The notes under the pieces were generated by a model that ran no database searches, was not told the DNA's origin, and was given only the letters and a program-made list of their open reading frames with translations. Of a stretch of 64,000 bases of DNA, positions 57,529-64,000 are shown piece by piece. The translations under genes and the position numbers were made by a program. Numbering within the stretch: the first letter of the stretch is position 1; each line of letters begins with the position of its first letter. Origin of the DNA: Solibacillus sp. (GTDB lineage: Bacteria; Bacillota; Bacilli; Bacillales_A; Planococcaceae). The stretch spans positions 7,247-71,246 of the forward strand of contig JAZLIT010000265.1 in NCBI GenBank assembly GCA_045617525.1, read 5' to 3'.

Positions 57529-58038
57529 TTACATATATTTAGTAGCATCAAATGCGAGTTGTACCTGATAATTTTTCGCATTGATTAAATTAGATATTTT
57601 ATGTGCCTGACGTTCAAGTAAATCTGCGCGTTGGCGATATTCCTCAGGATCAAAGAGCGCAACACGAACCATCGTTACACCTTCACCATAGCCAAACTCG
57701 ATTCGCTCTTTTTCATGCTGAGCAAGTTGAGCTACAACCATCGCTTCGATACGTAGTTGCTTCGCATATTCGATTGCTTCCACTAAAGTAAAATCTTGCT
57801 GTTCAAATTGTACCGTATTTTTTATATTAGCTTCATATACAAGTCGGTCAAGTGTACGTATATCAACACGAACAGCTTCAAGCTCCTGCTCTGCTATTTG
57901 CATCGTACGTCCTTCCCTTACAGCTGCATGTCCTTTTTCAACGGTAATAAATGCAAGTCGTTGACGTTCCTCGCCAAGCTGCTCTTGCTTTTTATTTAAA
58001 ATGCTTTTTAATTTTACTGCTTCTGCTAACGAAATCAC
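57529..58038 (-). CDS. 169-aa helical protein, possibly DIP1984/septicolysin-like family
   Basis: MISLAEAVKLKSILNKKQEQLGEERQRL ... LVYEANIKNTV ... LVEAIEYAKQL ... ADLLERQAHKISNLINAKN. This pattern loosely matches my recollection of the DIP1984 family. 21 nt downstream of murE. Confidence 0.6.
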   Translation of the reverse strand: MISLAEAVKLKSILNKKQEQLGEERQRLAFITVEKGHAAVREGRTMQIAEQELEAVRVDIRTLDRLVYEANIKNTVQFEQQDFTLVEAIEYAKQLRIEAMVVAQLAQHEKERIEFGYGEGVTMVRVALFDPEEYRQRADLLERQAHKISNLINAKNYQVQLAFDATKYM

Positions 58039-58059
58039 TTACTTCACCCCTACCCTAGT

Positions 58060-59529
58060 TTAGACAAACTTTAAACTCCCAGCCTCAATTGCAATTCCTG
58101 CATCACTATGTGGATATTTCGTATCCCCAATAATTTGATAATCCTCGTGTCCTTTACCCGCAAAGATAATAATATCACCTGGATTTGCAACACTAACTGC
58201 ATGACGTACAGCCTCTGCACGATCCCCAATACATGCGAAATTTTCATGCAGCATACCCTTTGCTAAATCGCCTGTAATACTATCGTACTCTTCATATCGA
58301 GGGTCATCTGTTGTTAGAATTACGTAATCGGCCACAGAAGCCTTTGCAGCCATTGATGGACGCTTGGACTTGTCACGATTTCCACCTGTACCCACTAGGA
58401 AAATTAACTTGTTTTCTGGCTTTTTATATGGCATTGCTGCATTAATCGCCTTCTCAATCGCATCGGAAGTATGTGCATAATCAATAAATAATTGAATAGG
58501 TAAATCTGTTTTTACTTTTTCCATACGCCCTTTAACTGGTGGTAGGCTTTCAATTTGCTCCAAAATTGATTCTAACTCAAAGCCTCTTGCATAAAAGGCG
58601 GCCGTTGCTGCAAGCACATTATAAATATTGAATTCCCCTAATAAATGCATTGTTACCGGGAATGTGCCCTCTGGCGTAATCATATCAAAAGATGTTTTAC
58701 CATCTTCATACACACAGTTTTCTGCTTTAAACATCGCATCATTTTTCAGCCCATAAGTCCAAATTGGGAATGGTGTCATCACAGCATAGCGAGCCGACCA
58801 TTCATCATCAGCATTTAAAACAACATGTTTATTTTTTTCAAGGTCTTGTCCTAATTGCGAAAACAATAGACCCTTCGCATTACCGTAGTCTTCCATCGTT
58901 CCATGGAAATCTAAATGGTCATGCGTTAAATTTGTGAAAATCGCAACGTCATAATCAACACCAGCTAAACGCCCAAGCGCTAATCCGTGTGATGAAACCT
59001 CCATGACCATAGCGCGACAGCCTTCCATTTTTGCACGGAAGATCATTTGCTGTGTATTTAAGGAGTCGCTCGTCGTATTTGCAGACTCGTATAAAATACC
59101 GTTTAGATTAAAGCCAATCGTACCTGACATCGCGCTTTTTTCACCCATACCGATTAGGATATTATGAATAATTCCAGCAACACTTGTTTTTCCATTCGTG
59201 CCCGTTACACCTATCATCGTAAGATCCTTTGATGGGTAATCAAAAAACGTCGTCGCCAAGATTCCTAATGAACGATCCGAACTTTGCACAATTACTTGCG
59301 CAACATTCCCTGCTAATTCTAGCTCACGCTCGGTAACAATTACCGTAGCACCAGCATCTACTGCTTGCTGTGCATAATCATGTCCATCTACTGTATAGCC
59401 TTTAATACATATAAACATTGAATTTGGTTGAACACTACGTGAATCAATTGCAAGATCTTCAATAACATTCGGTAATTTTCCAACTATGCGCTTTTGGCGT
59501 AAAGTACTTAATAATTCTACTGCGTACAT
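58060..59529 (-). CDS. murE: UDP-N-acetylmuramoyl-L-alanyl-D-glutamate ligase MurE (Staphylococcus-like, outside the dcw cluster)
   Basis: 489 aa. GVTGTNGKTS P-loop. EVSSHGLALGRLAGVDYDVAIFTNLTHDHLDFHGTMEDYGNAKGLLFSQLG is nearly identical in pattern to recalled S. aureus MurE. Specificity motif reads DDPR (nt 58297-58308). Confidence 0.93.
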   Translation of the reverse strand: MYAVELLSTLRQKRIVGKLPNVIEDLAIDSRSVQPNSMFICIKGYTVDGHDYAQQAVDAGATVIVTERELELAGNVAQVIVQSSDRSLGILATTFFDYPSKDLTMIGVTGTNGKTSVAGIIHNILIGMGEKSAMSGTIGFNLNGILYESANTTSDSLNTQQMIFRAKMEGCRAMVMEVSSHGLALGRLAGVDYDVAIFTNLTHDHLDFHGTMEDYGNAKGLLFSQLGQDLEKNKHVVLNADDEWSARYAVMTPFPIWTYGLKNDAMFKAENCVYEDGKTSFDMITPEGTFPVTMHLLGEFNIYNVLAATAAFYARGFELESILEQIESLPPVKGRMEKVKTDLPIQLFIDYAHTSDAIEKAINAAMPYKKPENKLIFLVGTGGNRDKSKRPSMAAKASVADYVILTTDDPRYEEYDSITGDLAKGMLHENFACIGDRAEAVRHAVSVANPGDIIIFAGKGHEDYQIIGDTKYPHSDAGIAIEAGSLKFV

Positions 59530-59531
59530 AA

Positions 59532-60593
59532 TTAGTCCTCCATCTCCATCATTGGCGAATGTACATAAGCAAATAATAAATCTGCTGTTGCTTTTAATGA
59601 ATCTAGATGCGTACGTTCATAAGCATGTGAAGATTCAATTCCCGCACCAAACAATGCGTGACGTACATCATATCCTGCGCGAATTGCTGCAGAAGCATCT
59701 GATCCGTAATACGGGTATATATCCAATTTATATGGGATTTTTTGTGTTTTAGCAAGCTTCACTAGATGCTGTGTTAATTCATAATGGTATGGACCACTTG
59801 AATCCTTTGCACAAATTGAAACTGTATATTCATCAGACGTTTGTCCATCGCCAATTGCACCCATATCTACTGCAATATATTCTACAACTTGGGCTGGAAT
59901 ATTTGAATTCCCACCGTAGCCGATCTCTTCATTATTTGAAATATAGAAATGCGTCGTGAAGGGTAGCGTTACATTGTGTTCTTTAAGCCCCTTCATTAAT
60001 TGAAGCAATAAAGTCGTACTTGCTTTATCATCTAAATGACGTGATTTGATGAAGCCTGATGGTGTTTCTTCAAAGCGAACATCGAATGACACAAAATCGC
60101 CAACCTCAATCCCTAGGCCCTTCGTATCCTTTGCGTTTAATACTTTTTCATCGATACGAACTTCAATATGATTTTCATCACGTTTTAAATCACTTGCGCC
60201 ACGATACACATGCACTGTTGTTTCATGCATTAAGATTGTCCCGCGAAGCGTTTTACCTTCTGCTGTATGAATTGTACAATACTCGCCTTCAACTGCATTC
60301 CAGTTAAAACCACCAATCATCCCTAGCTTCAGACGTCCACTTGGTTTAATTTCCTTCACAATCGCACCTAATGTATCTGTATGTGCTGTAAGTAATCGAT
60401 GCTGCTCATTATTTTCACCCATAAAAGTAACGATTATAGCACCTTTATTTGTCTTTTGATAAGAAATACCCAACTCTTTTAAATAGTCACCCATTTTTTT
60501 CATAATGGCTGATGTATAACCAGACGGGCTAGCTGTATTGACTAACTCTTTTAAAAGTTCAACTGTTTCTCGCTCATTCCAATAGTTGTTCAT
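59532..60593 (-). CDS. M42-family glutamyl aminopeptidase / FrvX-YsdC-like peptidase
   Basis: 353 aa. LLKELVNTASPSGY N-terminus and HLDDK, NEEIG, GAGIESSHAYER metal/active-site contexts. Stop lies 2 nt before the murE start. Confidence 0.88.
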   Translation of the reverse strand: MNNYWNERETVELLKELVNTASPSGYTSAIMKKMGDYLKELGISYQKTNKGAIIVTFMGENNEQHRLLTAHTDTLGAIVKEIKPSGRLKLGMIGGFNWNAVEGEYCTIHTAEGKTLRGTILMHETTVHVYRGASDLKRDENHIEVRIDEKVLNAKDTKGLGIEVGDFVSFDVRFEETPSGFIKSRHLDDKASTTLLLQLMKGLKEHNVTLPFTTHFYISNNEEIGYGGNSNIPAQVVEYIAVDMGAIGDGQTSDEYTVSICAKDSSGPYHYELTQHLVKLAKTQKIPYKLDIYPYYGSDASAAIRAGYDVRHALFGAGIESSHAYERTHLDSLKATADLLFAYVHSPMMEMED

Positions 60594-60694
60594 CCTAATT
60601 CCCCCTGTATTAATCTATAGTATCAAAATTCGCCATTTATCGACAACGAAAATTCATGTATGATAAAAGCACTAATCGAATTCTGAGGTGTTTC

Positions 60695-62263
60695 ATGCAA
60701 CAAATTAACTTACTCCAAAAAAAGAATCAATTTATATTATTTTCATACATTGTCTTCTTACTATTATACTGCACATTGGTTGCTCTAGGCTTTTTTACAT
60801 TTAATCTACTATTTTCCTCATGTTCGAGCTTATTCATACTAGTACTATTGCTATTCTTTCATTTGAAAGTCTCGCCAAAAGTCATACAAATTTATATAAT
60901 CGTTTGTTTGAATGTACTTATTTTACTGCTAATTTGTAAAAGCTTCTACATAATAAATTTATATTGGCTAATTTTTTATTTAATCTTTATCGGGATTTAT
61001 CAATCCGTCCCTATAATTGTTACTTCTTCAATTATTGTAACTATCCAAATAGCAATTATCTCATTTTACCAAGTTGAATTTTCACTTGCCTATATCTATG
61101 AAATTAGAATATTATTGGTACTCGCTTTAATGGCGATAACGATTGGTATTATCCAAACGATATTCATTCAATATACCTGGGGATTAAATGATAAAAAAAA
61201 CAATAAAGAACAGCAAGATCTATTATCCCAACAAGCCTATCTCCAATTATTTTTCGAATATGCAAATGATGCAATAGCCGTATTTGGATTAGACAACAAT
61301 ATTATCGAAGTCAATCCTGCTTTTGAAAAGCTTTATGGTTGGTCGCGCGAAGAGAGCATCGGGCATTCATTGCCGCTTGTCCCACCTAAACGAGTGCAGG
61401 AGGCCAATGAGCGCTTCCAGCAGCTAATCAAGGGGCAAAGTTTCACTATTGTCTCTGATGAAATGAAAAAAGACGGAACCATATTTATCGCTCAAATTTC
61501 ACTATCCCCTCTCTATAATAAAGATGGTACTGTTATGGCCATGTCAGTTATAACTCGGGATATTTCTTATATGAAGGAAAATGAACGCTTGCTAATGCAG
61601 TCAGAAAAACTTAAACTCGCTGGTGAAATTGCAGCAGGTGTTGCACATGAAATACGTAATCCTATGACCGTCATTTCAGGATTTGTTCAGATTATGGAAG
61701 CCGACGAAAATTCCGCCTTCAAGGATTATGTTGCCATTATCCAGGATGAAATCGAGCGCATTGATTTAATCATTTCGGAATTCCTAGTCCTTTCTCGCCC
61801 TCAAATTGAGACAAAGGACAGAATCGACCTCGTACAGATTATGAATGAAATCACTGTTTTTTATCAATTAGAACTTCAAAATCGAGATATAAAGATACAA
61901 TATGAACCGTCGATTAACGAGGCTTATATTTACGGAAATAAAAATCAGCTGAAACAAGTATTTATAAATATAATTAAAAATGCAATTGAAGCCATTAATA
62001 GTAACGGACAAATTAATTTTGACATTGCAAGACAACATCAAAGCTTTATGATTACGATTAAAGATAATGGTTGTGGCATACCTGTACATATATTAGACAG
62101 TATTTTTGAACCTTTCTATACAACAAAAACAAAGGGTACAGGACTTGGCATGATGATCACTAATAAAATTATCCAGGACCACCAGGGCACTATTAAAGTA
62201 TTTAGTAAGGAGCATGTTGGGACTGATATTCATATCCATTTCCCCTTTATAAATAAAGACTAA
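60695..62263 (+). CDS. polytopic membrane PAS sensor histidine kinase (orphan, KinB-like architecture)
   Basis: ATG 60695 (GAGGTG 4-6 nt upstream). ~6 N-terminal TM helices, a PAS domain (FEYANDAIAVFGLDNNIIEVNPAFEKLYGWSREE), H-box AHEIRNPMTVISGF, and N/G1/G2 boxes. No adjacent response regulator. Confidence 0.88.
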   Translation: MQQINLLQKKNQFILFSYIVFLLLYCTLVALGFFTFNLLFSSCSSLFILVLLLFFHLKVSPKVIQIYIIVCLNVLILLLICKSFYIINLYWLIFYLIFIGIYQSVPIIVTSSIIVTIQIAIISFYQVEFSLAYIYEIRILLVLALMAITIGIIQTIFIQYTWGLNDKKNNKEQQDLLSQQAYLQLFFEYANDAIAVFGLDNNIIEVNPAFEKLYGWSREESIGHSLPLVPPKRVQEANERFQQLIKGQSFTIVSDEMKKDGTIFIAQISLSPLYNKDGTVMAMSVITRDISYMKENERLLMQSEKLKLAGEIAAGVAHEIRNPMTVISGFVQIMEADENSAFKDYVAIIQDEIERIDLIISEFLVLSRPQIETKDRIDLVQIMNEITVFYQLELQNRDIKIQYEPSINEAYIYGNKNQLKQVFINIIKNAIEAINSNGQINFDIARQHQSFMITIKDNGCGIPVHILDSIFEPFYTTKTKGTGLGMMITNKIIQDHQGTIKVFSKEHVGTDIHIHFPFINKD

Positions 62264-62266
62264 TGC

Positions 62267-62311
62267 AAAAAAAGGCAGCAACGTAAGTAATACTTTCGTT
62301 GCTGCCTTTTC
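62267..62311. terminator. bidirectional terminator between the kinase and the aldehyde dehydrogenase genes
   Basis: aaaggcagcaacg / cgttgctgccttt 13-bp stem flanked by an A-run and a T-run. Confidence 0.85.
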
Positions 62312-62326
62312 ATCGTCTTTAACTAA

Positions 62327-63715
62327 TTATTTCATGATCATTCGAACAAGCTTAACTTTATTGTTATATGGTGGGAATAGTATATCTGTCGCTAGCTTAG
62401 ATGAACGTTTTAAAATTGACTTTGGATGCGTGAAATTCTCAAAGCTTGCTTTGCCATGATAGGCTTTAACCCCTGATGGCCCAACACCACCGAATGGTAA
62501 ATGCATATTTCCCACATGCGTAATAACTTCATTAATACAGCCACCACCAAATGGCAATTCATCTAAAAAGTACTCAACGGCCTTTTCATTTTCCGAAAAC
62601 AAATAAGCTGCTAATGGCTTAGGCAACTGGCGAATTTGGTGAATTGCTTGCGGTAGCTCCTCGTATTTCATAATCGGCATAAGCGGGCCGAATAACTCAT
62701 CCTCCATTGCAGGACTACTCCATGTAACATTTTCAATCACGGTAGGCTCAATATAGAGGTCCTCTCGACTTGTTCGCCCACCTATAATAATATCATTCGA
62801 TTCACGCTCTAAAATCGATTGCAAACGATCAAATTGACGCGTATTTATGATACGTCCAAAATCCAAACTCTCCTGAGGATTTGCACCGTAAAATTCGTTT
62901 ATTGTTTTTTTTAACTTTTTCAAAAATTTATTATATACAGCTGCATGTACCATGACGTAATCTGGTGCAACACACGTTTGTCCGGCGTTATTAAATTTGC
63001 CCCAAGCAATTCGTTTTGCTGCAACATCGAGGTTGGCTGTTTGATCCACGATTGCTGGGCTTTTTCCGCCTAGCTCTAAGCAAATTGGCGTTAAACGCTC
63101 TGCCGCCGCTTTAGCTATTACTTTCCCAACTGCAACACTGCCTGTAAAGAAAATATAATCAAATGATGCATGAATAAGCGCAGTAACTTCTTCCTTCTCA
63201 CCTTCAACTACTCGCACATAATTTTCGCCAAATGTTTCTGATATTATCTTTTTCACAATAGCTGCAGTATGTGGTGCTGCTTCAGAAGGCTTTACAATGG
63301 CCGTATTCCCTGCAATAATCGCACCAATAAGTGGCTCCATCATTAGTTGGAACGGATAGTTAAATGGGCCAATAATTAAAACAACCCCGTACGGCTCTCG
63401 AATAATAAAACTTTTTCCAGGTTGAAATTGAATCGGAGTCTTTGCTGTTTCAGGCTTCATCCAATCATCAATATTTTTCACTAAATAAGAAATACTATCA
63501 TAGACAATGCCGATTTCAGTTGCATAGGCTTCAAATTCGCTTTTATTTAAATCTAATTTTAACGCCTTAACAACGTCTTGCTCATACTCCTGAATACATT
63601 CTTTTAGTTGTTGAAGTTTCTTTTTTCGAAAATCAACGTCCTTTGTTTGACGCGAATAATAAAAAGTACGTTGTTGCTCAATCATACGTTCAACATCTTG
63701 TGCTGTAAAATTCAT
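62327..63715 (-). CDS. aldehyde dehydrogenase, class 3-like (YwdH-type)
   Basis: 462 aa. Catalytic Glu context LELGGKSP and Cys context GQTCVAPDY. NAD-binding FTGS. Confidence 0.92.
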   Translation of the reverse strand: MNFTAQDVERMIEQQRTFYYSRQTKDVDFRKKKLQQLKECIQEYEQDVVKALKLDLNKSEFEAYATEIGIVYDSISYLVKNIDDWMKPETAKTPIQFQPGKSFIIREPYGVVLIIGPFNYPFQLMMEPLIGAIIAGNTAIVKPSEAAPHTAAIVKKIISETFGENYVRVVEGEKEEVTALIHASFDYIFFTGSVAVGKVIAKAAAERLTPICLELGGKSPAIVDQTANLDVAAKRIAWGKFNNAGQTCVAPDYVMVHAAVYNKFLKKLKKTINEFYGANPQESLDFGRIINTRQFDRLQSILERESNDIIIGGRTSREDLYIEPTVIENVTWSSPAMEDELFGPLMPIMKYEELPQAIHQIRQLPKPLAAYLFSENEKAVEYFLDELPFGGGCINEVITHVGNMHLPFGGVGPSGVKAYHGKASFENFTHPKSILKRSSKLATDILFPPYNNKVKLVRMIMK

Positions 63716-63911
63716 TTCAATCCCCCACTTTTTCTTAAAATTTTATACATATTTTATATCCCTTCACACATAATAAGTACAATATGTATTTAAAATTTTC
63801 CTTCATCCTTTATAAAAATGCAACTAAAGTGACCAGATTATTCAATAAGTGTATGCATTTCCTAGTTGGAATATTTTGAGTACATACAATCGATGCAGGG
63901 AGGAATCATTT

Positions 63912-64000
63912 ATGCTAACAATGGAAACCTGGTGGGAAGATATTTTTTCCGGCCCACTGTCAATCGGATTAAACGAAAGTAAAATTTATGAACTGCGCGA
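63912..64000 (+). CDS. 5' end of an unidentified CDS running off the right edge
   Basis: GCAGGGAGGA RBS 7 nt upstream of ATG 63912. Reads MLTMETWWEDIFSGPLSIGLNESKIYELR with no stop before the window end. Confidence 0.4.
   Translation, partial: MLTMETWWEDIFSGPLSIGLNESKIYELR

Overview
This is a 64-kb chromosomal segment from a low-G+C Bacillales genome. Gene order follows the Bacillus subtilis yla / ykt / pdh / ykq / yku / ykw / ykv neighbourhoods, recalled from memory. A Staphylococcus-type murE next to prfC and a ppx-ppk pair suggest a Lysinibacillus/Planococcaceae-like host, but I cannot verify that here. The window is almost entirely coding, with about 66 CDS, mostly on the minus strand. 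On that strand the order runs right to left, so the listing below follows window coordinates, not transcription order:
- pyc (partial), ftsW, ylaN, typA, a suhB-like phosphatase, speA
- lrgAB-like genes, pdhABCD, def, rpoY-rnjA, ktrC, ykuU/ykuV
- an XRE-cupin regulator with potABCD, an MFS pump, and an ABC-2 operon headed by a 775-aa envelope protein
- dapH-dapL, ccpC, ykuL, a fadH-like reductase, ppx-ppk, cheV
- a Spo0E-like protein, two orphan PAS histidine kinases, and a B12/radical-SAM protein
- ktrD, a yybP-ykoY (Mn) riboswitch with a TerC gene, prfC, VanZ, murE, an M42 peptidase and an aldehyde dehydrogenase

I saw no rRNA or tRNA genes, CRISPR array, IS element, integrase, phage module or recognisable defence system. 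Nothing here is an obvious novel multi-gene system. The best leads are:
1. An uncharacterised large-envelope-protein / ABC-2 operon (30569-34632). It sits in a ~10.5-kb block that interrupts ykuR-ykuU collinearity.
2. A G+C-rich structured ~200-nt island bracketed by two terminators at the edge of that block (34796-35000).
3. A complete unannotated mini-gene (promoter, RBS, ORF, terminator) encoding a 23-aa poly-Lys amphipathic peptide. Its stop codon sits in the terminator stem upstream of rpoY-rnjA (20511-20667).
4. A 138-nt element with perfect 14-bp terminal inverted repeats in the 3' region of the murE operon (57363-57500).
5. A Mn riboswitch whose two conserved halves are ~220 nt apart.
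6. A non-dcw murE carrying a hybrid DDPR specificity motif.

All family assignments come from reading the translations and from memory. No searches were run.
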